Assembly (NCBI GenBank): GCA_964522465.1
Contig: CAZFVH010000003.1
Coordinates: 32,338-96,337, forward strand
DNA: 64,000 nucleotides
Origin: an uncultured Rubrivivax sp.
Lineage (GTDB): Bacteria; Pseudomonadota; Gammaproteobacteria; Burkholderiales; Burkholderiaceae_C
Direction of reading: 5' to 3'
Shown here: piece by piece, positions 46,209 through 55,301 of the stretch
Numbering within the stretch: position 1 is the first letter of the stretch
Layout of the letters: each line of letters starts with the position of its first letter
The notes under the pieces: generated by a model
Databases searched by the model: none
What the model was told of the DNA's origin: nothing
Seen by the model: only the letters and a program-made list of their open reading frames with translations
Position numbers and translations under genes: made by a program

Positions 46209-47063
46209 ATGAAACTTGCCCGCTTCGACGACCAGCGCCTCGGCGTGGTGCTGGAGGAAGACGTCGCCGACGTCACCGCCGTGCTCGACCGCCTGCCGAT
46301 GCGGCGCTGGCCCTTCCCGCCCGGCGACGACCTGATCCGCCACCTGCCCGCGCTGCGTCCGGCGATCGAGGCCGCGCTGCCGTCGGCCCCGCGCCTGCCG
46401 CTGGCCGGACGGCGCTGGCTGAGCCCGGTGGCCAACCCGGGCAAGGTCGTGGCCGCGCCGGTGAATTACCGCAAGCACATCGAGGAGTCGCGTGCCGACG
46501 CTGGCATCCACTTCGGCAACGAGGTCTCGGCCATCGACCGTTACGCGCTGTTCCTGAAGGCCACGAGCTCGGTGGTCGGCGCCGGCGAGGGCATCGAGAT
46601 CCACCACGACGACGGCCGGCGCACCGACCACGAGGTCGAACTCGCGCTGGTCATCGGGTGCGAAGCGCGCCACGTGCCGATGGCGCAGGCGCTGTCCTGC
46701 GTGGCCGGTTACCTGATCGGACTGGACATCACGATCCGCGGCACCGAGGACCGCAGCTGGCGCAAGTCGCTCGACACTTTCACGGTGCTCGGGCCCTGGC
46801 TGGTCACCGCGGACGCCTTCGGCGACCCGGAGGCCGTGGACCTGCGCATCGCCGTCAACGGCGAGATGCGCCAGGACGCCAACACGCGCGACCTCATCTG
46901 GTCGGTGGCCCGCTGCATCTCGATGGCGTCCTCGGCCTACACCCTGTATCCGGGCGACGTGATCCTGACCGGTACGCCCGAGGGTGTCGGGCCGATCGCG
47001 CGTGGCGACACGCTCGACGCCTTCGTTCAAGGCGTGGGCGCCATGCGCGTGGCGGTGCGATGA
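46209..47063 (+). CDS. fumarylacetoacetate hydrolase-family protein
   Basis: DHEVELALVIG...GYLIGLDITIRG...LYPGDVILTGTPEGVG blocks. Confidence 0.85.
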   Translation: MKLARFDDQRLGVVLEEDVADVTAVLDRLPMRRWPFPPGDDLIRHLPALRPAIEAALPSAPRLPLAGRRWLSPVANPGKVVAAPVNYRKHIEESRADAGIHFGNEVSAIDRYALFLKATSSVVGAGEGIEIHHDDGRRTDHEVELALVIGCEARHVPMAQALSCVAGYLIGLDITIRGTEDRSWRKSLDTFTVLGPWLVTADAFGDPEAVDLRIAVNGEMRQDANTRDLIWSVARCISMASSAYTLYPGDVILTGTPEGVGPIARGDTLDAFVQGVGAMRVAVR

Positions 47064-48244
47064 GTCGCGAGACGGTCCTGATCGCCGGCGCCGGCATCGG
47101 TGGGCTCACCGCCGCGGCGATGCTGCTGCAGCAGGGCATCGATGTCGAGGTGCACGAGCAGTCGACGCAGCTCGGCGAGGTCGGCGCCGGCATCCAGGTC
47201 AGCGCCAACGCGGCACGCGTGTACCGGGCGCTGGGCATGCTGGAGCGGGTGCGGGCGGTGGCGGCGCAGCCCTCGGCCTACCGCTTCCGCCTGCACGACA
47301 GCGGCGAGGTGCTGCAGACCATCGTGCTGGGCGAGGCCTACGAAACGCGTCACGGTGTACCCTATCTGACGGTACACCGCGCCGACCTGCACGCGCTGCT
47401 GGTCGAGCGCGTGCGTGAGCTGAAGTCCGACGCCATCCACCTCGGGCACCGCGTCGAGCGCATCGAGCAGCACGACGACGGCGTCGCGCTGCACTTCACC
47501 GACGGCACGCAGGCATCCGGGCGCGTCCTCGTCGGTGGCGACGGGATCAAGTCGGTGGTGCGCGAACACGTGCTGGGCGCGCAGCCGCCGCGCTTCACCG
47601 GCGACGCCTCCTGGCGCCTGATGGTGCGGATGCAGGACCTGCCCGAGGCCCACCGGCAGCACACGGTGGACATCTGGGTCGGCCCGGGCAAGCATGCCGT
47701 GACCTATCCGTTGCGCGGCGGTGCGGTGCTGAACATGGTGGGCTGCGTCGAGCAACGCTCCTGGGACGGCGACTCCTGGATCACGCGCGCACCCTGGGAG
47801 GAACTGGATGCCGACTTCCGCGGCTGGAACGACTCCATCGCCGCCGTCGTGGCGCTGGCGCGCGCGGGCGAGTGCTACCGCTGGGCGATGAACGACCGCG
47901 AGCCCGTGCCGGGCTGGACGCGAGGCCGTGTGACCCTGATGGGCGACGCCGCACACCCGACGCTGCCCTACATGGCGCAGGGCGCGGCGATGGCCGTGGA
48001 GGACGCGGCCGTGCTGGCGCGCGCCCTCGCACGCGACGGCCTGGCCCCGGCCGCCCTGCACCGCTACGAGCGCCACCGCCTGGAGCGCACCGCGCGCATC
48101 GTGCGCGAGTCGGCGGCCAACCGGCAGTTGTTCCACATGGATTCGGTGCAGGCGCTGCGCGAGTCCTTCGCGCGCCGCGACATGAGCGGCGAGCGCAACG
48201 CCTGGCTCTTCTCCTACGACCCGATCGAAGTGCCGATCGATTGA
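47060..48244 (+). CDS. FAD-dependent aromatic monooxygenase (salicylate/3-hydroxybenzoate hydroxylase-like)
   Basis: VLIAGAGIGGLTAA dinucleotide fold, GDGIKS, and LMGDAAHPTLPYMAQGAAMAVEDA. ATGA overlap with the FAH gene. Confidence 0.85.
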   Translation: MSRETVLIAGAGIGGLTAAAMLLQQGIDVEVHEQSTQLGEVGAGIQVSANAARVYRALGMLERVRAVAAQPSAYRFRLHDSGEVLQTIVLGEAYETRHGVPYLTVHRADLHALLVERVRELKSDAIHLGHRVERIEQHDDGVALHFTDGTQASGRVLVGGDGIKSVVREHVLGAQPPRFTGDASWRLMVRMQDLPEAHRQHTVDIWVGPGKHAVTYPLRGGAVLNMVGCVEQRSWDGDSWITRAPWEELDADFRGWNDSIAAVVALARAGECYRWAMNDREPVPGWTRGRVTLMGDAAHPTLPYMAQGAAMAVEDAAVLARALARDGLAPAALHRYERHRLERTARIVRESAANRQLFHMDSVQALRESFARRDMSGERNAWLFSYDPIEVPID

Positions 48245-48288
48245 CCGCCACCGAGTTCTTCACCCTCAACCCCCACAGGAGACGCACC

Positions 48289-49233
48289 ATGCGATGGATC
48301 CGCAACCTCACCCTCGGCGCCGTGATGGCCTCGGCCGCCGCGCTCGCCGCCGCGCAGAACGTCGGCGTGGGCACGATGTCGCAAGGCACGATCAGCTTCA
48401 GCACCGGCTCGGTCATCGCCAAGGTGATGAAGGAGAACATGGCCATCGAGTCACGCGTGCAGCCTTACTCGGGCGAGACCGTGCTCGTGCCGCTGATCAA
48501 CAACGGCGAGATCGAGTTCGGCATCGCCAACGTGCTCGAGGCCCAGCAAGCACACGCCGGCCAGGGCAGCTTCAGCGGTCGCCCGCAGAAGGACCTGCGG
48601 GTGGCCGCCGTGCTGTACCCGCTGCGCACCGCTTACTTCGTGCGTGCCGACAGCGACATCAAGTCGCTGGCCGATCTGAAGGGCAAACGGGTGACCGTGG
48701 GCTTCAGCGCGATGGGCACGGTGGACATCATCGCCCGGGCACTGCTGGCCGCCGGCGGCCTGAACGACGGTGATTACCGGCAGGTGCTGGTGCCCAACGT
48801 CGTGGCCGGCGCCACCCAGTTGCAGAACGGTCGCGCGGACGCCTTCTTCTTCGCGGTCGGCGCCGCCAAGGTGGCGGAGGTCAACGCCGCCGTGCCGCTG
48901 CGCATCCTGCCGATGCCCACCGACGAGGCGTCCCTGGCGCGTGCCCGCGCGATCTTCCCCGACGGCTACCCTTCGACCGTGGCGCCCGGCGCCAACTTCG
49001 CCGGCGTCGGCGTGCCCACCGCCACGCTCGGTTACGACAACCTGTTGCTGACCAGCTCCAAGGTGCCCGACGCGCTGGTGACGAAGGTGCTGGACGGCCT
49101 GGCCACGCAGAAGGAGGCGCTGATCGCCGGCTTCCCGCAGTTCCGGGGCCTGGATCCGAAGCTGCTGGTCAAGCCGCAGCTCGCCACTCCTCACCATCCG
49201 GCCAGCCTGGCCTGGGCCAAGGCGCGTCCCTGA
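48289..49233 (+). CDS. TAXI-family TRAP transporter solute-binding protein
   Basis: Signal peptide MRWIRNLTLGAVMASAAALAAAQ, then NNGEIEFGIAN and LKGKRV blocks. AGGAGA SD. Confidence 0.85.
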   Translation: MRWIRNLTLGAVMASAAALAAAQNVGVGTMSQGTISFSTGSVIAKVMKENMAIESRVQPYSGETVLVPLINNGEIEFGIANVLEAQQAHAGQGSFSGRPQKDLRVAAVLYPLRTAYFVRADSDIKSLADLKGKRVTVGFSAMGTVDIIARALLAAGGLNDGDYRQVLVPNVVAGATQLQNGRADAFFFAVGAAKVAEVNAAVPLRILPMPTDEASLARARAIFPDGYPSTVAPGANFAGVGVPTATLGYDNLLLTSSKVPDALVTKVLDGLATQKEALIAGFPQFRGLDPKLLVKPQLATPHHPASLAWAKARP

Positions 49234-49292
49234 GGCTGGATCACGGCTGCTGCGGCCACGGACCACGACGACAGGCGGACCCAGGAGGGGCC

Positions 49293-51170
49293 ATGACCGT
49301 TGCACGCGTGCGCGAAGCGCTCCAGGCGCTGGCGGGCCTGACCCTGCTGGCGGCGATCACCGCTTGGATCGTCGACGTGCCGGGCAGGATGGGCATCGCC
49401 CTGTACGAGGAGCAGTTCCTCGCGCTCGTGCTCGGCTGCGCGGCCGCGCTGCTGTTGGGTCGTGTGCCGACCGGGGCCAGCGCTGGGCGACAGGCCGTCG
49501 GTCTGCTGTCGGTCGTGCTGCCCGCAGCGCTGTTCGGCTATGTCGCGCTGCACTATCCAGATCTGCAGCTCGAGCTCGTCGACGCCCACGCCACCGGCAT
49601 CGCCCTGGGGGTGGCGATGCTGGTTTGCGTGCTGGAGGCCTCACGCCGGCAGACCGGGCCGGTGCTGCCGGTGCTGGTGCTGCTGATGGCCGTCTTCGCG
49701 CTGTGGGTCGGCCCGCACCTGCCGGCGGCCTATGCCACGCGCGAGGTGTCCTTCGCGCGGCTGACGATGTACCTGGCGCTCGACACCAACGCGATGATCT
49801 CGAAGATCCTGACGATCGCCGCCGTCGTCGTCGGGCCTTTCGTCGTGTTCGGCTCACTGCTCAACGCCTTCGGCGGCTCGGCGATGTTCTCGACGCTGGC
49901 CGAGCGCGCGGTGGGTCACTACCGAGGCGGCGAGGCCAAGGTGGCGGTGGTCGGCTCGTCGTTGTTCGGCATCATCTCCGGCAGCGCGGTGGCCAACGTG
50001 GTGACGTCGGGCTCGGTGTCGATCCCGATGATGATGCGCTCGGGCTTCGCAGCCCGCACGGCCGCAGCGATCGAGGCCGTGGCCTCCACCGGTGGGCAAC
50101 TGATGCCGCCGATCATGGGCGCGGCGGCCTTCCTGATGGCCGAACTGCTCGAGATCCCCTACCGGGATATCGCGGTCGCGGCCATCGCGCCTTCGGTGCT
50201 GTACTACGCCGCGCTGTTTCTGGCCGTGGACCTGCAGGCCCGCGCGCTGGGCGTGCAGGCACGCGGCGCCGCCCAGGGCCGGCTGGCGCTGGGCTGGGCC
50301 TGGCGCTTCCTGCTGCCCCTGGCCGTGCTGATGGTGCTGCTGTTCGGTGCCGACTGGACGCCCGAGCTCGCCGGCGTGACGGCCTGCGCGGCGCTCGTCG
50401 TCGTGTTCTTCGTCGCCCCGGACATGCCGGTGCGCCAGCGTCTGGCCGTGCTGTGGCGCGGCCTGCGCGAGGCCATGACGAGCACCGCCGACATCGTGCT
50501 GCTGTCGGCCGCGGCTGGTCTGGTGATCGGCGTGCTCAACCTCAGCGGCATGTCGTTCGCGGTGACGATGCAGATCTTCCAGCTCAGCGGCGGCTCGCTG
50601 GCGCTGCTGCTGTTGCTGACCGCCGCACTGAGCCTCTTGCTGGGCATGGGCCTGCCCACCGTGGGCGTGTACATCCTGCTGGCCACACTGGTGGCACCGG
50701 CGCTGGTCAAGCTCGGCGTGGCGCCGCTGGCGGCGCACTTCTACGTGATGTTCTTCGGCATGTTGTCCATGATCACGCCGCCCGTGGCCATCGCCAGCTT
50801 CGCCGCAGCCTCGATCGCCCGGACTTCGCCTTGGCAGGCCTCGATGTCGACGCTGCGACTGGGCCTGCCGCTGTTCGCGATCCCGGTGGCCTTCACGCTG
50901 AACCCGCAGATGCTGTTGTGGGAGCACCCCAGCGAGGCCGTGGTCGCCGCGCTGCTGGGCCTGTCAGCGGTGTGGGGCTTGGTACAGGCGCTCGAGGACC
51001 GGCACGCCCCGCGCACCGCGCGCATCGGCATGGCGACACTGGCGCTGGCCAGTCTGGTCGCCGTCGCGCCTGAGCTCGCGCCGCAGGCGCTGCGCTGGGC
51101 GGTGGCGGCACTGGCCCTCGCGCTGCACGGCTGGCGGCTGCTGGCGCAGCGCGATGCGCGCGCCGGGTAG
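49293..51170 (+). CDS. TRAP transporter fused permease (TAXI-associated)
   Basis: 625-aa polytopic protein immediately after the TAXI SBP. AGGAGGGG SD. Confidence 0.85.
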   Translation: MTVARVREALQALAGLTLLAAITAWIVDVPGRMGIALYEEQFLALVLGCAAALLLGRVPTGASAGRQAVGLLSVVLPAALFGYVALHYPDLQLELVDAHATGIALGVAMLVCVLEASRRQTGPVLPVLVLLMAVFALWVGPHLPAAYATREVSFARLTMYLALDTNAMISKILTIAAVVVGPFVVFGSLLNAFGGSAMFSTLAERAVGHYRGGEAKVAVVGSSLFGIISGSAVANVVTSGSVSIPMMMRSGFAARTAAAIEAVASTGGQLMPPIMGAAAFLMAELLEIPYRDIAVAAIAPSVLYYAALFLAVDLQARALGVQARGAAQGRLALGWAWRFLLPLAVLMVLLFGADWTPELAGVTACAALVVVFFVAPDMPVRQRLAVLWRGLREAMTSTADIVLLSAAAGLVIGVLNLSGMSFAVTMQIFQLSGGSLALLLLLTAALSLLLGMGLPTVGVYILLATLVAPALVKLGVAPLAAHFYVMFFGMLSMITPPVAIASFAAASIARTSPWQASMSTLRLGLPLFAIPVAFTLNPQMLLWEHPSEAVVAALLGLSAVWGLVQALEDRHAPRTARIGMATLALASLVAVAPELAPQALRWAVAALALALHGWRLLAQRDARAG

Positions 51171-51184
51171 CCCTGGGCGGACCC

Positions 51185-51751
51185 CTATCTCGTCAATCGC
51201 ACCGCCCGGGCAGCGCCCCGCAGCACGGTCTTGGACTGACCCTGGGGCCCAGCCACCTGGACGTCGATGCGCCGCACGCGGGGGAAGAGATCGGCCAGGC
51301 CCACACGCAGCGACGTCAGTCGCGCGGGCTGATCGCAGTCGAAGCGGATCTCGGCCTCGAGATCGGCGTGGCCATCGTCGGTGCCCGAGGTTGTCGGCGG
51401 TGCGGACGCGGCAGCCCCGGTCTCCAGCACCGGGGCGCGGACGTCGATCGCCGTGGGGCGGCAGCGTGCAGCGGCATCCGGCTGAAGCCAGGCAGCGGCG
51501 TCGCGCATGCGGGCAAGCGCCTGGGCGGCCGCTCGCTGCTCGGCTGCGTTGCGGGGCGCGCGCTCGAAGCCGACCAGACCATCCAGCGGCATGTCGACGC
51601 GGACCACCAGCGTCGAGCCGTCGATGGCGACATCGAGGGCGGCCACCCCATGGACGTGCGGGCCGGCACGGACCACGCCTGCCAGCACCAGCGTCGCCAG
51701 GACCGCCCAGCGCAGCGGCCCCTTCGACCGCCGCCGCGCCGACGCGGCCAT
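51185..51751 (-). CDS. DUF2796 (ZrgA-like) periplasmic metal-binding protein
   Basis: The HVHGVAALDVAIDG...LVVRVDMPL...DGHADLEAEIRFDC pattern is found downstream of znuA in many proteobacteria. An alternative GTG at 51811 overlaps the znuA stop. Confidence 0.7.
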   Translation of the reverse strand: MAASARRRSKGPLRWAVLATLVLAGVVRAGPHVHGVAALDVAIDGSTLVVRVDMPLDGLVGFERAPRNAAEQRAAAQALARMRDAAAWLQPDAAARCRPTAIDVRAPVLETGAAASAPPTTSGTDDGHADLEAEIRFDCDQPARLTSLRVGLADLFPRVRRIDVQVAGPQGQSKTVLRGAARAVRLTR

Positions 51752-51807
51752 GCCGCCGTCGACGTCCCTGACGACGGGACCCGGGCCCGGGTGTTGGCGC
51801 CGCAGCC

Positions 51808-52782
51808 TCACAGCGAGGCCTCCAGCGCCTGCGCCAGCGCGCTGACGTTGTGCTCGACCATGCGCAGATAGGTCGGCGCAGGCCCGTCAGGGCCGGACAG
51901 GGCGTCGGAGTACAGCGTGCCCCCCACGCGTGCGCCGCCCTCGCGGGCGATGCGCTCGATCAGCGCCACCGAGGTCACGTTCTCGACGAATACCGCGCGC
52001 ACCTGCTGCTGACGCACCTGGCGGATCAGCGCAGCCACGGCCTTGGCCGACGGTTCGCTGTGCGTGCTCCAGCCTTGCGGGGCGATGAAGTCGATGCCGT
52101 AGGCGGCGCCGAGGTAGGCGAAGGCATCATGCGAAATCAGCACGCGGCGCTGTGCCCGGGGGATGCGTTCCAGGCGCTGGCGCAGACGTTGGTCCAGCGC
52201 CGCGATGCGTGCCAGATAGTCGCTGCGACGCAGGTCGATCTGCGCCGCATGCTCCGGCCAGCGCCGAGTCATCGCCTCGGCGATGCGCGTGATGTAGTGG
52301 CCTGCGTGTGCCAGATCCTGCCAGGCGTGCGGGTCGACATCGTGGGCGTGGCCATGGCTGTGACCATGACCGGACGCCTTGCCCGAGGATGCCTCGCGCC
52401 GAGGCTCGAGCCCCTGCGTGGCCACCACCACCGGCGCCCGCGCACCGGAAGCCCGCACCAGCCGGTCGATCCAGCCCTCGAAGCCCAGTCCGTTGACGAC
52501 GATCAGGTCGGCCTGCGCCAGACGGCGGCCGTCGGCCGGGGTGGGCTTGAAGACGTGCGCATCGGCATCAGGGCCGACGAGAGCCGTCACCTGCAGGCCC
52601 GGCGGGGCGAGTTCGCGCGCCATGTCGGCCAGGATCGAGAAGCTGGCAACGATGCGCCCGGTCCCTGGCTGCGCCTGTGCAGCCCCCCCGGCCAGACACA
52701 GCGTCCAGGCCAGCGGCGCCAGCCACAGTCGGCGACGGCGCATGGCCGGCCGGCGGTTCAGCCCATCGTCGGTCTTCACCAT
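51808..52782 (-). CDS. znuA: zinc ABC transporter substrate-binding protein
   Basis: Cluster-9 SBP body with the His-rich loop GHGHSHGHAHDVDPHAW. The ATG at 52782 lies 5 nt downstream of GGAGGA. The listed ORF to 53235 is a spurious extension. Confidence 0.85.
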   Translation of the reverse strand: MVKTDDGLNRRPAMRRRRLWLAPLAWTLCLAGGAAQAQPGTGRIVASFSILADMARELAPPGLQVTALVGPDADAHVFKPTPADGRRLAQADLIVVNGLGFEGWIDRLVRASGARAPVVVATQGLEPRREASSGKASGHGHSHGHAHDVDPHAWQDLAHAGHYITRIAEAMTRRWPEHAAQIDLRRSDYLARIAALDQRLRQRLERIPRAQRRVLISHDAFAYLGAAYGIDFIAPQGWSTHSEPSAKAVAALIRQVRQQQVRAVFVENVTSVALIERIAREGGARVGGTLYSDALSGPDGPAPTYLRMVEHNVSALAQALEASL

Positions 52783-52817
52783 GGACATCCTCCAGAACAG
52801 ACAGGGGGACAGATCGA

Positions 52818-53684
52818 TCAGGCGGTGCGGTGCACCGCGCGGCGCAGCCGCCGCCAGACGATGCCGTCGCGCTGGCCGAACAGCACCGACAGCAGGTATA
52901 GCGCCCCGGCGGACAACACGATGCACGGGCCCGAGGGCAGCTCGGCGACGTAGCTCAGCCACAAGCCGGCCACGCCCGACACCACGCCGATCGCCACCGC
53001 GAGCACACACATCGGCAGCACGCGCGCCACCCAGAAGCGCCCGGCAGCGGCCGGCAACATCATCAGGCCCACGGCCATCAGCGTGCCCATGGCCTGGAAG
53101 GCGCTCACCAGGTTGGCCACCAGCAGCACCAGCAGCGTCATGTGCACCAACGCGCCCGGCCCGCCCACGCTGCGCAGGAAGCCCGGATCGGCGCACTCCA
53201 GCAACAGAGGCCGCCACAGCAGCGCCAGCGTCCACAGCGTCAGGCTCGTGACGATGGCGATCTGCAGCAGCGCGGCGTCGTCGACCGCCAACACACTGCC
53301 GAACAGCAGGTGCATCAGGTCGACCTGGCTGCCGCGCAGCGACACCAGCAGCACGCCCAGTGCCAGCGCGATGAGGTAGAACGCCGCAAAGCTCGCGTCC
53401 TCGCGCTGCGGCGTGCTGCGCGTGACGAAGCCTGCGGCCAGCGCCACCAGCACCGCGGCGACGAAGCCGCCCAGGCTCAGCGCCGGCAGCGACATGCCGG
53501 CCAGCAGGAAGGCCGCCGCCGCACCGGGCAGCACGGCGTGCGACATCGCATCACCCACCAGACTCATGCGACGCAGCACCAGCAGGCAGCCGATGGGCGC
53601 GCTGCCCAGCGCCAGCGCCAGCGTGGACACCAGCGCCCGGCGCATGAAGGCGAATTCGGCGAAGGGGCCGAGCAGGGTGTCCAT
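52818..53684 (-). CDS. znuB: zinc ABC transporter permease
   Basis: 288-aa ZnuB-type polytopic protein (MDTLLGPFAEFAFMRRAL...). Confidence 0.9.
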   Translation of the reverse strand: MDTLLGPFAEFAFMRRALVSTLALALGSAPIGCLLVLRRMSLVGDAMSHAVLPGAAAAFLLAGMSLPALSLGGFVAAVLVALAAGFVTRSTPQREDASFAAFYLIALALGVLLVSLRGSQVDLMHLLFGSVLAVDDAALLQIAIVTSLTLWTLALLWRPLLLECADPGFLRSVGGPGALVHMTLLVLLVANLVSAFQAMGTLMAVGLMMLPAAAGRFWVARVLPMCVLAVAIGVVSGVAGLWLSYVAELPSGPCIVLSAGALYLLSVLFGQRDGIVWRRLRRAVHRTA

Positions 53685-53767
53685 CGGGGGGCGGGGAGAG
53701 AAGCGGCGACCGGCGGAAAAGCGGAGAACGCAGGCGATCGGGCGGATGGGTGGGTGATCAGACGAAA

Positions 53768-53799
53768 GGGCGATCGGGCGATCGGGCGATCAGCCGATC
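53768..53799. repeat. 8-bp tandem repeat GGGCGATC, three copies plus one imperfect copy
   Basis: GGGCGATCGGGCGATCGGGCGATCAGCCGATC in the znuC-znuB spacer. The last unit overlaps the znuC stop codon. Confidence 0.8.
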
Positions 53800-54556
53800 A
53801 GGCGGCTTGGCGGCACAGCGGCGCATGCTCGTCCCAGGCCTCGGCCATGCGACGTGCGCGGAACAGGTGCTCGGCCTGAAGCACCTGCGCCGTCGGGCCC
53901 CAGGCCACCGGCTCGCGCGCCAGCAGCAGCACCTCGTCGAAATGCGCGCGCACCTGCTCCAAGTCGTGCAGCACGGCGATCACGGTGCGCGACTCGGCGC
54001 GCCATCGTCCCAGCAGTTGCAGCAGATCGGCCGTGGTGCGCGCGTCGATGGCGTTGAAGGGCTCGTCCAGCAGGATCAGGTCGGCGTCCTGCAGCAGCAG
54101 CCGCGCGAACAGCGCGCGCTGCAGCTGGCCGGCAGAGAGCTCGGGCACCATGCGCGCGCCGAAACCCTCCAGGCCCACGGCGCGCAACGCATCGGCCACC
54201 CGGGCGCGGCCGTCGGCATCGACCCCGCGCCACAGCCCGATGCGCCGCCACAGCCCCATCGACACCAGATCCTCCACGGTCAGCGGGAAGCTGCGGTCGA
54301 GCTCGGCGGCCTGTGGCAGCCAGGCCAGGCGCATCGACGGATCACGCTGGATGCGTCCGATCACGTCCACGCGACCGCCACCCAGCGCCGTCAGCAGCGA
54401 GCTCTTGCCCGCGCCGTTGGGCCCGACGATGGCCGTGGCCTTGCCCTGCGCGAAGGTGCCGCTGAGGTGGTGCACCGCGGGGTGGCCACGCCAGGCCACA
54501 GTCAGGTCATGGACCTGCAGCGCGGGATGGGGGCGGTTCAGGGAAGTTGCGGTCAT
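53798..54556 (-). CDS. znuC: zinc ABC transporter ATP-binding protein
   Basis: Walker A GPNGAGKSSLL, signature LSAGQLQR and Walker B LILLDEP. Confidence 0.9.
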   Translation of the reverse strand: MTATSLNRPHPALQVHDLTVAWRGHPAVHHLSGTFAQGKATAIVGPNGAGKSSLLTALGGGRVDVIGRIQRDPSMRLAWLPQAAELDRSFPLTVEDLVSMGLWRRIGLWRGVDADGRARVADALRAVGLEGFGARMVPELSAGQLQRALFARLLLQDADLILLDEPFNAIDARTTADLLQLLGRWRAESRTVIAVLHDLEQVRAHFDEVLLLAREPVAWGPTAQVLQAEHLFRARRMAEAWDEHAPLCRQAA

Positions 54557-54755
54557 GTGCGGCAGCGTTCAGGAAAGCGCCCAGGCCACGGCCAACCACA
54601 GCAGTGCGACGACGAGGGTCACGCGCCACAGACGGGCGCCGGCACCGGCGGTCAGCATGCGCGGCCCCGGGCTGACGCGCCCGTCACAGCCCGGCGGACT
54701 GATGGGCCGGAGGGGTTGTCGCCGAGCGCGCGGAGGAGGCGCAGAGCGCGCGGCT

Positions 54756-55133
54756 TCAGACCGGCGCCACGCACTCGCGGCAGCGCCCGTACAGCGTCAG
54801 CTCGTGGTCCTCGACCGTGAAGCCCGAGGGCGCAAGGCGCGACAGGTCGCCCGGACAGGCGTGCACGTCGAACACGCGCTGGCAGCGCGTGCACTGGAAG
54901 TGATGGTGGTGCCGATGCCCGGCCAGCTCGAAGCGCGGGTTCTCGCCCGGCAGCTGCACGGGGTGCAGCTCGCCCTCGTCCAGCATGGACTTCAGGTTGC
55001 GGTAGACGGTGGCGATGCTCAGACTGGGCGCCTCGGCCTGGGCGGCCGCCAGCACCTCCGCCGGCAACAAGGGCCGTTCGGCACGCGCGAGGGCGTCCCG
55101 GATCGCCGAGCGCTGGCGGGTGTTGCGTTCCAT
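54756..55133 (-). CDS. zur: Fur-family zinc uptake regulator
   Basis: MERNTRQRSAIRDAL...TVYRNL, then HHHHFQCTRC...CRECV metal sites. It is the first gene of the zur-znuCBA cluster. Confidence 0.85.
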   Translation of the reverse strand: MERNTRQRSAIRDALARAERPLLPAEVLAAAQAEAPSLSIATVYRNLKSMLDEGELHPVQLPGENPRFELAGHRHHHHFQCTRCQRVFDVHACPGDLSRLAPSGFTVEDHELTLYGRCRECVAPV

Positions 55134-55227
55134 GCGCGAAGGGTAATCGATGTGGCCGGGACATGGCAGCGGACGGGCGCGGCTCGAGTGGGTCGCAGGG
55201 CTTGCCAACGTGGCAGGTCTATTTGCG

Positions 55228-55241
55228 AATGCAATTGCATT
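55228..55241. promoter_or_regulatory. perfect 14-nt palindrome AATGCAATTGCATT upstream of zur (candidate Zur box)
   Basis: A perfect dyad in an AT-rich patch about 95 nt upstream of the zur ATG. I cannot confirm a match to the lineage-specific Zur consensus. Confidence 0.4.
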
Positions 55242-55301
55242 ATAGGCCAATCAGAACCTTGGGCGCCACCGCAGGCAGACGGTCGACTGCCGGAGCCGGA
55301 C

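Noticed and set aside
51808-53235. 475-aa version of the znuA ORF, and similar long N-terminal extensions of the ORFs at 36694-38085, 13333-14535 and 21514-22653
   Set aside because: The homology-bearing part begins at internal starts that have Shine-Dalgarno sequences or ATGA coupling. The upstream extensions are Arg/Gly/Pro-rich and overlap neighbouring genes.
54553-54657. 34-codon minus-strand ORF (MLTAGAGARLWRVTLVVALCGW...) whose TGA overlaps the znuC ATG
   Set aside because: It has no Shine-Dalgarno sequence, is very short, and is easily produced by chance in GC-rich DNA. I kept it only as a note because of the ATGA overlap.
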